Assembly: GCF_009914755.1 (NCBI RefSeq)
Contig: NC_060927.1
DNA length: 64,000 nucleotides
Direction: 5' to 3' (one strand)
Source of the DNA: the human T2T-CHM13v2.0 reference genome, Homo sapiens
The translations under genes were made by a program, and so were the position numbers. A model generated the notes under the pieces. It was not told the origin of the DNA and did no database searches. It saw only the letters and a list, made by a program, of their open reading frames with translations. Of this stretch, positions 16,701 through 54,694 are shown piece after piece. Each line of letters begins with the position of its first letter. Positions within the stretch are counted from its first letter, which is position 1.

Positions 16701-16919
16701 GAATGCTCCAGGACTAGGAGCCAGATTCCCTGGGTTTTCATCCCAGCTCTGCCATTTTCTGGCTGTGTGATCTCTGTGCATCTGTAGAAAAGGGGGATGA
16801 GGCCCTTACCTCACAGGGCTGTTAAGAGGATTAACCGTTAGAAAAGGATCAATCGTTAACTACTAGAAAAAAACATACTTATGCACTTTCAATTACTAAC
16901 TGGTAGATAGTAAGCCCTA

Positions 16920-17762
<843 letters not shown>

Positions 17763-18169
17763 TAGTGAGTTCACACTGAACCCATTGAGATGGATGCACC
17801 TGGTCTTTTTTTTCCTTCCCCATTTACTGGAGTTTTGTGATATTCCAAATCAGTACCTAGAAAGTGCTCTAGTCACCTTAGCAGCTTCATAGTCTTTCAG
17901 TATATAGATGAACCATAATTAATTTAACCAGTCCCCTACTAAGTGATCTCATAGTATTTTGACTTGTGACTATTACTGGCTCGGTTCAAGCAGTTTGAGA
18001 TGGAGACATTTAAAATCAGCGCCCTCTGGAAAGAAAAAAACAAGTCATTAAACTTTTAAGTGTTCTTTGTCGAATTATTAGGTAATGTGAAATAGACATC
18101 CTTGCACCTAGGGATGTGGTTGGAGGTGAGAATGGAACCTTATCTGGCAGGCAAACCACATGCTATATT

Positions 18170-18660
18170 CCCAGTCATCTAAGATGGTAACATACACCAT
18201 TATTTTATGTAAAGTAAGGAAATAAGCCACCCACTGAAACAGGACACGTGCCTGCACAATGCATGGACTGGTCACAACAGCCTCTCCTGGCTTGACATTT
18301 TCATTTCTTCAGAGGAATTTTGTGGGTATTTTCCTCTCTTAAGCTCTGCAGAGCTCTTAGTTTTGGCTTGGCAAGAAAATGTGGAATTTCAGTCATCCCC
18401 ACAATGACAAATACATGCTCTTCTAATGTCAAAGTTACTCCTTCCTGCTCTGTTTCCTTGACTTTTGGAAGGACATGCTAACTTTTTGTCTCACTGTGGA
18501 GTCAGTATAGTCCTCCTAAAGACATTTCCAGTGGTGATTAATTTCAGTATGTGTGCTACGCCAGCAACGCACATAACTTCGATTGGATCAACCGCGATGA
18601 CCAACTTTGCATACGTTCTTGCAACAGCAGCAGCCACAGGGATTTATGCATCGAGATTTC
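18170..18660 (-). mobile_element. Ancient TcMar (Tc2/pogo, Kanga-like) DNA transposon fossil with decayed transposase N-terminus
   Basis: Minus-strand reading from the ATG at 18525, with frameshifts: MSL..DSTVRQKV...GNRAGRSNFDIRRACI...NSTFSCQAKTK...KRGKYPQ. This resembles a Brinker-type HTH of pogo/Tc2 transposases. Confidence 0.55.
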
Positions 18661-19207
18661 TGAGACAACAAAACCAGCGTTCTGGAGTCAAACATCTCAG
18701 AAAGAGCCATCAATCAATCCAGGCAGCGATCTGCTCATTTGTTCATCCACAGATGTTTATTAAGGGATTTCTTATGAGTATGGCCCTGGGGTAGTTAATG
18801 AAGACAGACAAACAAGATAAGTAAAAATATATGTAAGATGGTGATAAGTTCAATGATCCTAAATAAAGCAAGAAAGAAAGAAGGGTTGTGGGAGGAGGTA
18901 GTTCTATTTCAAACATGGTGTCTCTGAAATGACATTTTATGTTGAGTGCAGTGGTTGTCCCCCACAGAGGGGCTCGGTTCCCTTGAAGACAGCAACTGCC
19001 ATCTCTGAGAACGCACTTGCATCTCGAATAGGGTCTCTAATTCTTCCATCTCTCTTTCTCATACACATGCACTTTCAATTACTAATTAGATTTGGTTTCT
19101 TAATCATGTAACTGAATTATTTTCCATTGCACCAAAGCAGATATTCAGAGATATATTTTTAATATGTAGAAGTATACATATTTATGAGCATACTGTCACA
19201 TTCTCTC

Positions 19208-22313
<3,106 letters not shown>

Positions 22314-22507
22314 CATAATACATTTTAAAATTAATTGTGGAAGAATTTGCATCTTCAGGATGTTGAATCTCTCTAACCAAAGACATGGTATACCTTTTTA
22401 TTCAAGTTAACTTTTGTGACTTCAAAAATGTTTAAATTTCCTCATGGAGGTTTGCATATTTCTTGTTCAATTTGTTCCTGAGTGCTTTATCTATTTTATT
22501 TTCTAGT

Positions 22508-25172
<2,665 letters not shown>

Positions 25173-25487
25173 ATTGCCTACCTTTTCTATAAAGGGTGGA
25201 AAGGCGACCTGCTGGCCACCCAGCTTCCTAGGAATAGCCCTGTGATACAGCCCTGGCCGACAAGATGAAAGCAGAAGTCCGGAGTGATGTTTTCTTGCTG
25301 GGAGAAAGTTCTGCGCCCTTGGCCCCTTTACCTTTTCCCTTCTCTGACCTCTTCTTCCTACAAGGAACTCAGACTCAGGTCTTGAAGTGAACAGCTGCTT
25401 TCTATCTCTGAGGAGACTAGCCTGAGGATGAAAGCATGAAGCTTGGCAGAGCAAAACCCAGAAATGTGCTCGTTAATAAAATCCAGG

Positions 25488-25610
25488 ATCCTTTTATAGT
25501 TCATAAGTGTGATGATTGGGTTTTCACGCTCGTATGTGAGATGTGCCTCCCTCAGACTTTGTTACGATGTTGGCACATTCCCCGTTTGATGTGAAAAAAG
25601 AAAAGTAAAA
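25488..25610 (+). pseudogene. SNORD13 (U13 snoRNA) retropseudogene with A-rich tail
   Basis: ATCCTTTTATAGTTCATAAGTGTGATGATTGGG...GAGATGTGCC...GTTACGATGTTGGCACATT matches U13. The D box CTGA has decayed to TTGA. A-rich tail follows. Confidence 0.88.
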
Positions 25611-26229
25611 TGAAGAAGGTATCCAAAATCAAACTGTATATAAAGTGATGAATTTGCCAAAAGGTCTTTTACACGTGTTGGACACAGACTCTTGTGGTCA
25701 GTACAAACCCAAAATTAGAATTTGTGGATGTGATTCTTCCAGTGAATGCTTGAGGTATCTGTTATCTTTTTAAAACTCCTGTATTATTTATGGAGAAAGA
25801 CTTTTTGAAAGCAGGTAGTGGGTCTTGAGTTTCCCTCTTCCACCCTCTCCTTGACCAAACATGGCACTCCAAGCAGGCTTGGATGTTCTGTGCAACTCAT
25901 GTCATTCAGTTGCTTTATGAAGTATTTTGAAGATGCTTTTATTTCAGCCATTGATCTGACATTGATGTCAACAAAGTCTAAAAGCAGGTCCTTGACAACA
26001 TCTTGGTCCCTATGGTAGCAATGTCTGGGGCAAATGGCAATGATGGAGGTGTTATAATCATTTTCATAAATTTATTTGAGTTAAAAGCTATTGAAAGCTT
26101 TCCTGGTATCTCTTGAGGAACTTCAAAGGGGACCCAATTGGTAATCCTTAATAACACAGAGACATTTCTTTTAAAATTGACACCAGAGAGTGGCACTTCT
26201 CAAGTCGTACAGCTGGGGATGTGAAATAA

Positions 26230-28433
<2,204 letters not shown>

Positions 28434-28689
28434 TAAATTTTTAATAGCAGGGAGCATATTTTCTATTTGCTTTGCTACCTTTGGTATGTTATATTGAATG
28501 GGTGGGTAAAATGTGGGTACTAAGTAAACGTCTTGTTTAGTAGAAGAATGAAATATTTTTAAACTTTGTTTTGAATTCAAGGGAAACTATGACAATAGAT
28601 AGGCAAGGTAGATAGACTGCTAGATTCCATGAGGCAGTAAAGTGACATGGTTAGGAGTACAAACTGCAAGGCTTTGTCTATGCGACTGC

Positions 28690-29210
<521 letters not shown>

Positions 29211-29682
29211 CATGGAGTGTAATAGCAGAACACAGACACTGTATACACAGCCAGGGTTTGCATCCCAATCCTGTCACTTTGCTAATTTTTTTTTTTTTTT
29301 ACTTCAATAGAGGACATTTTCCTGAAGTCTGTCATTACAGGAGTTTCAGATTTCTTCCATTTTTGCTCATAGCTGTTGATCTATACACTTTTACTCAACC
29401 CTGATAAAAATAACTTAGAACAAAGTATATCTGAGTAAATGTGCTTTTATAGTTTCTACGAACTGGAAGACATTCACAGCTTATTATTAATTATTATTAT
29501 TTGTTAATGTTGTACCAGTATTTGATTTTCTCAGCCTGCTCTCCAAAGGGTGTGTTACCACTGGGCGGTAGATCTTGGAATGAAGAAAGAGATTAAGAAT
29601 AAAATTCCCAGAGTTTTGCACTGTCCCCACCGTCAGGTCTCAATTTTCCACCCACTTTGCGTAGAGCAGAAGTGCGGCCTCA

Positions 29683-29715
29683 TGGTGCCCTCCTGTGGCC
29701 ATACGTTTAGTTGCA
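29683..29715 (-). promoter_or_regulatory. Candidate CTCF site with upstream module
   Basis: Minus strand TGGCCACAGGAGGGCACCA versus consensus TGGCCACCAGGGGGCGCTA. TGCAA lies 14 nt upstream. Confidence 0.55.
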
Positions 29716-30423
29716 AGATGATGGTAGAGTTTTTCCTTTTTTAAAAAAAAGGAAAGAAAGAAAAAGAAGGAAAAAAGGTTCTGCATATGTTTTTAGTCAG
29801 CAACACGTTTTGAGATGTGACAGTTCTGTCAAAACAATATAATTCAACAAACTTCAAAGTAACCACAACAGAAGATATGTAGACACAATTTGGAGCGCTG
29901 TCTCAGAGCCTTACCGTGAAATGTGCCACAAACATTTTGAGGGACGAACAATGACATCTGCAAGGGAAGCAGGGTAAGTCACACTCAGGTGTGTGAGAAT
30001 CAGAACAGAGACCCAGAAGAAAACCAGCTTAGAAATGGAGGCAGAGCATTAAAGAAAAGGCAAAAGAGAATTTCAATTTTCTGGTGCTGGAAGCTGTTAG
30101 CTGCACATGTTTGAAGAAGGCAAGTTCTGCAATGCCTTCACTTGTATTCATCTAGCAGGTGTGAACCAGACAGTGTCTCTGTCTTCAGGGAGCTTACATT
30201 TTAGAGGAAGGGGAGACAGAAAATCGTCACACAAGGAATTGAACAAACAAGATACTTTCAGAAAGCAAAATGCACCGTGGAGAAAATCAAACAATGTCCT
30301 GAGATGGCAATAGATAGAAATTAAGAGCCATGAGGAGGAAGGGGAGAGGGAGAGAGAAGCGAGAAGTTCTCATTGAAAGAGTGGTTAAATTATGGCTACA
30401 TTAAAAGAAATTATTTCTAAAAT

Positions 30424-31695
<1,272 letters not shown>

Positions 31696-32419
31696 ATAAA
31701 ATTCTGGATACATTTTGCAGATGGACCTGACAAGACTTGTTGACCGATTGAATATGGACTATGAAAGAAACATGAGCCAAGAAACATGAGCCAAGCAAGA
31801 TTTTTGGCCAGAGTCACTGCCCTATATTGAGGTGGGGACGGGTCCACATGGGGCCACCTTTGGGAGCTGGGTCTTGAAAATATCGGAAATGCCTGCTGGA
31901 CACATATCTGAGCTGTTGCATAGACAGGGGACATACAGGTAACTGACACAAGCAACCTCCTGTCTTTAGGCTTACCTGTTGGCCTGCTACAGGTGGGAGC
32001 TCTTCAGTTTAAGGGCGCTGGTGAAGAGGAGAAACAAAGGGAGGAACGTTCTAAACTTGTAAGCGCAAGATTGGGTCAGGGTTCAAGAGAAGACATGGAA
32101 ACACGCAGAACAGGTGATCGCCGCTCAGAAGGCTGCTGAGAGAAGAGAGAGAAAGTGGATGTGTCAGTCTGGACTGAGACCCCGAGCAACCCCAGGGAAG
32201 GAGAAGGAGGCCGAGGGAAACCATATGAATCACTGGATTCAACTCAGAGAGATGCAGAAATCCCCAGAAATCATGGAGGGAATCGGAATGAGATGAGGTT
32301 ACGTCTTCTTTCAGGTGGCATAGAGGAGTCAGGCTCGGAAGATAAATTTCCCCTCAAAAAATGCAAAGAAAAGAAAAAATTATTACGCACTTGATTGACA
32401 GCCCATATAATATATATAT

Positions 32420-33454
<1,035 letters not shown>

Positions 33455-33834
33455 TTAAGTGCATCTTGGTCGCTGCTCCAGGGCTTCCTTCTCCACGGAA
33501 GCTCTAGGAATGGTTAATATTTCTCCTTTGGGTGAAGCCCCAAAGCCACCTTGTCCTACCTGGCCACGCTGCATCTGAGACCGGGATCCCCCTCCCGCAG
33601 CCCATCACCTATTTGATGGCAGGTTTCATTCCACTTTGCTCTTGCCCTCTAATCCCAAATTTTCTTTCCTCAGGATCTACGGCCCCAAGTTTTTCAACAT
33701 TCCTCCCATCCTGGCACCAGACTGATGGCATACCAGTTCGCTGGTTAATATTCCTCTTAACACAGGTGCCCCGAGCTGGACACACCCCTAAGCTATAGTG
33801 AGATCACTGCAGAAATGAAGAGGCCATCACAACA

Positions 33835-34140
33835 GACCAGGAGCTGGCCGATTACAGCCCTGTGAGCTAAGAATGGGTTCACATTTTTTAAACAATTGGG
33901 GGGAAAATCAAGTGAAGAATGCTTCAAGACATGTGAAACTTACATGAAATTAAAGTTTCAGCATCTTCAATAAAGTTTTCTTGGCACGTGGCCACACCCA
34001 TTCCTTTACTTACTGTCCATGGCTGCTTTTGAATTTCAAAGACATTGCTGAGGGTGGTGGGGATTGAGCTCTTACTAGCCTGAAAAGCTTAAATATTTAC
34101 TCTCTGGTGCCTTGGGAAAATATTGGCCAAACCCAGACAT
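33835..34140. mobile_element. MER58B-like DNA transposon
   Basis: tgagctaagaatgg...aataaagttt..ttgg...aaatatttactctctgg. Confidence 0.65.
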
Positions 34141-34189
34141 GGAGTGATCCTGGATTTCTTTTGCCTGTTCAATTAAAAAAATTGACCTT

Positions 34190-38298
<4,109 letters not shown>

Positions 38299-39165
38299 CC
38301 CTCTACAGTAGAGCACACCCTCGGAAAAGCCACGCTGCACTCACTATCTCAGGACCAGCTTGGGTGTCCCTGAAGGGCAGAACAAAACCTTTCCAAAGGC
38401 AAAGCCTCACTATCAAACAGAGAAGAGGCCAGTGAATGACAATAGCTGATTGAAGAGTTTCGGTGGAAAACACCTCACTGGTTTAGACCAAGTCCCTTCA
38501 GGGGACTGGACTGGGAGTAAGCAGAGGCCATGCTTCCTGCCTGGCTTGGCAGGAGTGAGGGGCTGCTGGACGCCCACGGGGTTGCTGGCTCTGGAGAGGG
38601 AACTGGTAGTGCTGGAGGGTGATCCAGGGGGAGCAGTCCCCACCTCCACCATTGCTCAACCACCCGCCTGCTTTCTGCTCAGCTTTCCCCAGAGGCCTGC
38701 TGGGGGCTTGCTGCGCAGCCGCAAACAAAAAGGCCTCTTTGTAGATCCTCCCCTAGGACGCTCCGGAGGAAACAGCTCCCCTCGAAGCGGTATTCAGCAT
38801 TCACGGCTGTCACCCAGGAGTCCCTGCTGGGTGCTGGGCCCAGTGCCGGGAGCTACAAAGGTGAGGTGTGGACCGCAGGTACTATTTGTTTCCAGGAGGG
38901 GCTGAACGTTTCAGTCTTTGTCATGTTGAGTTGGATTTAATTGCACTGAACTGGATTATTGGAAGACCTACAGCGTGCCCGCCGCTATGCATGGGTCTGG
39001 CATTGAGCAAAAATGGTGTGCAAAACCACACTTATACTATATATAAGTTAGTTAGGATAAGTAGCTTATAAGTTGTCTATTAGTATATAAGTTACATATA
39101 GAATGGAAGTTGCCCATAGGGAGCTTACATTCTCCAGATGAAGGCAGTACACTGTCCATGTACTG

Positions 39166-40866
<1,701 letters not shown>

Positions 40867-41481
40867 TCAGGTGGAGGAGAAGAGAAGGAGAAAGGCGGGC
40901 TCATCTGGTCCTCCTGGGATACAAGTCCCACGACCTCTGGGCCGTCTCCAGGCTGAAAGTCTGAGAGAAGCTCTTTCAGCTGGGCAGGCAGCAGAGGGGA
41001 GCTTTGTGTCCTCCCAAGGTCCTGGAAAGTTGATTGATTCTTGCTTGTTAGTTCACCTTCTTTCTCTTAACTGCATTAGGCAGAAATAAAAACTAGCCTT
41101 ATGCTTGGGAAACATAAAGTAAGAATGTCTCTTTCTGAGAACCCAAAAATACTAGTAGTAGATGAATAAGTTGTGGGAATTACTTTCTGAATATGAAACA
41201 TTATGATTTTTGTTTTTGCATTTAGCCACTTTAAATTATTTTTAAAAATAAGTTTGAGTATAAATGAATTATATATATGTACACACACACACACACACAC
41301 ATAACATACACATATAGATTATCTGTCAATCAGTCATGTAATTTAGAGTCAGGGAGACCTAGGATTAAGTCTTCACTTTGCCACTAACTAGCTGAGTGCT
41401 CTTGGGCAAGTTACTTAACCTTTCTATGTCTTAGTTCTCATAAATTTAAAATTGAGACCAATAAAATCGATTTCAGAGGGG

Positions 41482-42040
41482 TGCTGGGGCAGACTGTATT
41501 TTCCAATGATGGCTGAAGTACTGTCTCCCCTCCCACATGTTCTTCATATAATGTGACCTTGACAGTCCTGCCATCAAGAGGTGGGGTTCATGTCCCCTCC
41601 CCTTGAATGTGGCCTTGGCTGTGGTATGGCAGAGTGATGCTGAGTGGCTTCTGAGGCTAGATCATTAAAAGGCCATGTGCTTTCTCCTGGGATGCTCACT
41701 CCTGGACCCCAGCTGCCATGTTGTGAGGAAGCCCAAGCCAACATGTGTCAAAAGACCTCAGGGAGTGACATCCCCACTGCAGTTCCCAGCTGACAGCCAG
41801 CATCAACATCACACCCGTGATGAAGACACCTGCAGGCGATCCTGGTCCCTAGCCCTCAGTTGCCCCAGCCTTGGCATTGCCAGGCTGAGGCCCCAGGTAC
41901 TGTGGAACAGAGATGAGCTGTCCCTACTCTGCTGGACAAGAATTCCTGACCCATAGAATCTGTGAGCATGAGAAAATGGTGGGTTTTTTTGGCCAGGAAA
42001 TTTGGGGTAATTTACTACATAGTGATAGTAACTGGAACGA
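41482..42040. mobile_element. MLT1-type (MaLR) solo LTR
   Basis: ccatcaagaggtggggt..atgtcccctccccttgaa...gccatgttgtgaggaagccca...tttggggtaattt...gtaactggaac. Confidence 0.75.
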
Positions 42041-43007
42041 TTACTATGATAAGAGAGATAATGTATCTAATGTGCCTAATTGTCACACATTTGTCTACTA
42101 TTAGTCACACAATGTCTACTATTATAGTGGGAGATTTTGCCGCAAACAAGTAGGCAAAAATGTAATAGGAATGTAGAAAGTTTCAATAACATCAGCAATA
42201 AGCTTGACTTACAGGGCATTTGTGGAATTCTGTACTCAACAGTTAGCAAAGACACATCCTTATTGATATTCAGGAAACAGTTGTAAAACTGGACCATTAC
42301 CAAGCCATAAAACAAGACTCAATGAACCCCAAATTACTGATATCATAGTTCATTCTGTCACTCCACAAATTGTTCTTGAGGCTTGGTATGGTCCAGGCAC
42401 CCAAGGAATAGCAATGAGCCAAAGAGATCAAGTTCTCTACCTCCTGTCATCTTCATTCTAGAGGGAGACAGAAGACAAGCATCAAAGTGGGTAAATACCT
42501 AATGTTAGGTGGCAATTACTATTACAGAGACAAAAACTAGAGCAGGGTAGAGAAAACAGGAAGTGCTGGGTCAGGCTGCAATTAGATATGAGGTGATTGG
42601 GAAGGCCTCTCAAAGGGTGACATGTGAGCAGAGATTGGAAGGAAGGGAAGGAGTGAGCCGCTCAGGCTTCTATTTTATTCCATGCAAATCCACCCTTGTT
42701 TTTCTCTTTATCTTCCATTCTGGTGGTGTTTTCCATTCTCTGAAGTTTGAAATATGTGTAGGTGAATCAGTAGTTCCCAAACCTGGCTGTGACTTAGACT
42801 TGCTTGGGGGTATTTGTTTTAAAAATACAGACACCTGGGCTCCACCGTCAGCTTTGGAGGGTGACCTCCTTGGAATCTACGTTTCAGCACGCTGGGTGGG
42901 CCTAATTCTGATGGGTAACCAAGTCCCAGAACTGTTGGTCCAATCTCCCTTTTCTGTTTTAATTTATTCCTTTGCTTGAAATGGAGTAAGTTACCCTAAG
43001 ACCATAG

Positions 43008-43170
43008 GACAGCGGTTCTCAGCAGATGGTCCCTGGCCTAGGAGCATCAACGTCACCTGGGAAGCGACTGGAAAGAGCACACCTCAGATCCCACCACAGA
43101 CCTATGCAATCAGAAACTAACAAGCCCTCCTGGTGATGCTGCTGCCTGCTGAAATTTAAGAACCACAGCG
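43008..43170. mobile_element. MER5A-like DNA transposon
   Basis: cagcggttctca...tcacctggga...aatcagaaact..aacaagccctcc.ggtgat...aagaaccac. Confidence 0.7.
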
Positions 43171-45105
43171 ATGCACTGAGTATTTGGTTCTCTCTATTTA
43201 GTTCTTTAATTCAATTGGAGTTCCATTTGTGGTGTGCTCTAAGTCATTCACTTCTCCCAGTTGCTAGGAAACATTTACTGAATGTTTCTTCTCATTCCAG
43301 AGAGTTTGAAAGAATTTATTGAGCATGTATTGTAGGCTAGGCTGGCCTAGTTATAGGGGCTACAAAGACATGTCCATGCCTTACAAAGTTCAAAACCTAG
43401 GGCAAATAGGACTGATGTATGAGTGCTAAAATATGCCACGAGCCATGAGCTATGTTCCAGTGAAAGCTGACAACACAGCTCAAAGGGGAAATCAAGGTGG
43501 GAGGGAGGGAAAGGCTCCACGGAGGCACATCTGGGACCCACCTGGCAAGAGCTGGGTCCTCTTCTTACCAGACTCATGACACCCAGGTGTAGAAAGGACA
43601 TCCCAGTCTCCCCTCCCTGTCAAACAACGTGGCTCCCTTGAAGTAGCAAGTGCTGACTATTTGGGGTGTGTCCTCTTGTTCATACAGATAACTTAGAAAC
43701 CTTGCTGGCCACTTACAGGGTGTCTGACATGGAACTGTACAACTTTTCTGTGTGGTTTTTTCTCACTCAGTATACCTGGCCATCCCTCCAGGCCCGGCGT
43801 CGAGGCTTACACACCGTCTTTCCCATCCTGGGCCCATTCCGTGGTGTGGAATGCCGTCACCCTCTCAACTGTCCTCCCATGGACGGGCTTCAGCCTTGTG
43901 TCTGGGTTTTGGCCATTTATGGTGAACAAGGGGTAATCTCCATAGGGCAGGAGGGAGGGGGGTTGGAAAGAGCTGTTCAGAAGAGGACAAGAAGGAAAGT
44001 CGGGGACTTTTCAATTTAGCAGCAGAAAATCCACTTTTATCAAGAATGACGGGAAGACATTGTTTCTAGCAGGCAACGTCTACAACTAAACGTATGGTTG
44101 AAAGGAGTGAGCTTGATGGGGTCTTGCTAGTGATCTCATTTTGGGCCTCATTGGCCCACCCTCCCACCCCTGTATTCGAGTGACCGGGGACCCCCCTCTG
44201 CACCCCGGGGAAAGCGTCCGCCTGCTGCCCTCTGTCCCAGGCTTGGCGGCACCCCAGCCCCAGCTTTCTGCCTCAAGCCTCAACTTCCCTGAATTCTCAG
44301 CCCGGTGGATTTCCAGGGAAATCACCTCTGTGCAGTTTCATTAATTTGCGCCAAGGCCATCAAAGGGGGTTGTGTAAGAAATGTTGGCAGCCCATGGAGG
44401 CTCTGGGAGCTTCAGATCCGGCCTTCTTAGCAACAGGAAGCCCTTTCTTGCTCAGCATAAACAAGCCCAAACACTCCCCCACCGCCCATTCCCCTCAAGG
44501 TGCCAGTTTGCTTTGAAATCCACAGCAAAGGATTTCGAGGTGTGGCCTCATTTTGGCAAAAGCCTTAATTCTCATTATCTTAAGAGTCTGCACTCCCACC
44601 TCCCATGTATAACTTAATAAAAGTCACATGTGGCAGGGGATTATCTTTCATTCAGTGGAGTAAAAAAGGTCGTCGTGTGTCCCCATTGTCCCTGGTAAAG
44701 TAGCAGGCACTCAGGAGGGGGCTGATGTGGATACTGGAGTTGCAGTTTAGGCAATGTCCAGCAGAGGGAGACGATGCTTTGAGAACAACCTGGCTCCTGG
44801 CTGTTCTGAAAGAGGAGTCTCTTTGCTACCAACCCCATGCATGTAGGAGTTGTCTTCTCTGCATGTGCAGCAGCTAATAAAAGAAATCCAAAGTTTTCTT
44901 GCTGGGAATTTGAGAATTCAAGGATAGATACATCCAACAATGGTTAAATTCTGTAAAAATTAATCCTGCTGGTCAGCTTATGGGAGTGGCCCTAGTTGGC
45001 TGTAATCATTGGTATTTAAATCTGTAAGTGGACGGTGGAGAGAGGCTTGTTTCCTGCCTTAATGAGTAAGTCAGAACCTGCCTCGGAGGCCCTGTTAATT
45101 GTTAA

Positions 45106-50635
<5,530 letters not shown>

Positions 50636-51764
50636 TAACACACATCTAACATGGACTGAATATGTGCTAAGTGGTGTAAGGCCTTGTATTTGCTGTGTCT
50701 GCGTTAACTCAGCTGGTCCTCATAAGGTCCCCCTGAACTTGTTCAGTTTTCATATTCATCTATCAATGAAGAAACTGAAGTACAGAGAGGGTGACTAACT
50801 TCCCTGCGGTCACACAGCCAGTGGCTGAGTCAGGATATGAACCCAGATGCTGGTTCCAGAGCTCGCATTTAACTGCTGGGCTCTGCTGCCTCTTAAATAA
50901 GTTTGGAGTTTGTGACAGCCTGAGTTGGACACACTTAAGCAGGGTTTTGTGCTGCAGGATCTCTCAGAGCCTTTAATATGCAAATGTGCACTGTGACTCT
51001 CCAAAAGGTGGGTCAAGGAAACACCGTTTCTCAACTTCAGTTGTCCACCATGCCCTTTTCCCAGACATTCCTAGTAACATCTTCAGGAACTAATGCTCCA
51101 TGGAACACTGAAAAGGGAATCCCATGTGCTAGGTTGGGGTATTTTGGCTGTTTCATTGGAATTTGTTTTTAAAATGAACCACTACTTTTCAAGAGTTTTG
51201 TCCCTGGAATTGAACTAAAGCTCTAAACCCAGTATAAAAAGGAACATAATTTCAATTCTCTATCTAACTGCTTTTGTTAGTAAATTCACTGGGTACTGAA
51301 AAAGGGACAGATTTGGAAGGCAGCGGAGCCTGGGGATATTTAGGAGATTTATTTTTGGCACGGCCCCTGAATCTCCTCCTGTTTTATGGTGGGGAAACAT
51401 TTGCCGGTTTGGGCTCAGCTGGTCTGGTGAACAGGCGCCCCGCCCCACCCAAGCCTCCTGACAGTCAGGTGAAGATGGATGCATCAGGCCTGCCAAGGCC
51501 TCTCCCCTGCCAAGGTGGTGCAGCCCAGCTCTCTGTACTGTGCTTTGGGGGGCGTCCACACACCTTGAAAGAAAGGGCATCCTGATCCCAGCTTGGCTGC
51601 TAAACTTGTGTGTGTGTGATGAGTTCAACACACTCAAACTCACACCCACACGAGCCCTTGAAGTCCTAATATCAAGGAACCCACAAATAGTTTATTTTCA
51701 CGTGAAATGTATGGGTTGAGATTGGCTGAGTGTGACGGAGAATAAGACTCATGTTGATTTCTGG

Positions 51765-53306
<1,542 letters not shown>

Positions 53307-53335
<29 letters not shown>

Positions 53336-53571
53336 CCAAGAAACATCTCTGGGGGAGTTAGGAACATTACAGGCGTGCACCACCGCGCCCGGCCCCAAGA
53401 AACATCTTTGCGGGAGTTAGGAACATTACAGGGGTGAGCCACCGCGCCGGGCCCCAAGAAACATCTTTGCGGGAGTTAGGAACATTACAGGCGTGAGCCA
53501 CCGCGCCCAGCCCCAAGAAACATCTTTGCGGGAGTTAGGAACATTACAGGTGTGAGCCACCGCACCCAGCC
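53307..53571. repeat. 59-bp minisatellite, about 4.5 copies, built from an Alu end plus flank
   Basis: ATTACAGG recurs at 53307, 53366, 53425, 53484 and 53543. Unit is ATTACAGGCGTGAGCCACCGCGCCCGGCCCCAAGAAACATCTTTGCGGGAGTTAGGAAC. Confidence 0.95.
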
Positions 53572-54229
53572 GAGGGCATCTTAGTCTAAAGGGAGACATT
53601 CCAACATCAATGTTGCTCCGTGATTCCGCAAAAGACCCAAGCATTGTCTCTCTTTCCATTCTATTAGTCTTCAATGTTGGCTTGTAGCCTCATGATCACA
53701 AAATGGTTGCTGCACCTCTGGGTATAACATCTATATTCAAGGCAGGAAAAAGCTGAAGTACATCTGTCCACTATATCAGGAAAGCAATTTTTCTCAGACT
53801 GCCCCCTTCCCCATCAGATTTTTAGCTACTCTTTAGTCAGAAGTGGGTCATAGACATATCCAGCCACGAAGACAGCTTGGGAATTCATGCACTTAGCTTT
53901 CCAGCATCTGTAGCAGAAGCAGATCAGGAAGAAAAGGGTGGGAAAAAGGTGTGGAGTTACCCAGTCAACAGTGTCTGCCAAAGAAGAGTGAACCTAAAAG
54001 CACTTCAAAGCCATTTAACAGCAAATTTTGTTAGCAAATTTTCTTTCCAAAGCACTTATCTTAGTTTTCTTAAAAATGACCATGTTTGCGTGGACCGCTC
54101 TCCGCCAACAGGTGTCTTCCACAGACCCCTCTCGCTTTAGCCCTCAGTCTCTTTCAATTCTGTCTTTTCTCTCGGTCCATAAAAACAAGGAAGTCGACCC
54201 CAGTGGAGCCTAGTCTCCCCACGAGGAGG

Positions 54230-54506
54230 CGGCCCCGGGGGTGGAGTCAACCCTGGAGGCCACGCTCTGTGGGAAAGCACGGGGCATGCAAACTCGAAAT
54301 GAAAGCCCGGGAACGCCGGAACAAGCACAGGTGTAAGATTTCCCTTTTAAAACGTGGAGAATAAGAAATCAGCCCGAGTGTGTAATGGCGTCAATAGTGG
54401 TGTGGACGAGACAAAGGCAATGAGGCAAGGAGCGAGGCTGGGGCTCTCACCGCGACTTTAATATGGATGAGAGTGGGACGGTGACGGCGGGGGCGAAAGC
54501 AACGGT
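54230..54506 (+). promoter_or_regulatory. U2 snRNA-type Pol II promoter: DSE (GC box/octamer) and PSE
   Basis: PSE TCACCGCGACTTTAA at 54447 (about -60). Octamer-like ATGCAAAC at 54286 (about -221) next to GGGGC. The intervening sequence resembles the human U2 5' flank as I recall it. Confidence 0.85.
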
Positions 54507-54694
54507 AACGCTTCTTGACCTTTGGGCTAAGATCAAGTCTAGTAACTGTTCTTATCAGTTTAATATCTGATATGTTCTCTATCCGAGGACAATATATTAA
54601 ATGGGTTTTTGGAGCAGGGAGATGGAATAGGAGCTTGCTCTCTCCACTCCACACATCGACCTGGTATTGCAGTAGCTCCACGAACTGTGCACCC
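54507..54694 (+). pseudogene. Full-length U2 snRNA copy (variant or pseudogene; probably annotated as RNU2-64P)
   Basis: Collinear with U2 (..GCTAAGATCAAG..TAGTA.CTGTTCTTATCAGTTTAATATCTGATA...CCTGGTATTGCAGTA..GTGCACCC) with scattered substitutions. Confidence 0.95.

Noticed and set aside
18014-18034. CTCF-like CCAGAGGGCGCTG on the minus strand
   Set aside because: It lacks the conserved 5' CC(A/G) part of the core, so it is only a half match.
25488-25591. Functional U13 snoRNA gene
   Set aside because: The D box is degenerate, there is an A-rich tail, and no snRNA-type promoter is evident upstream, so it is a retrocopy.
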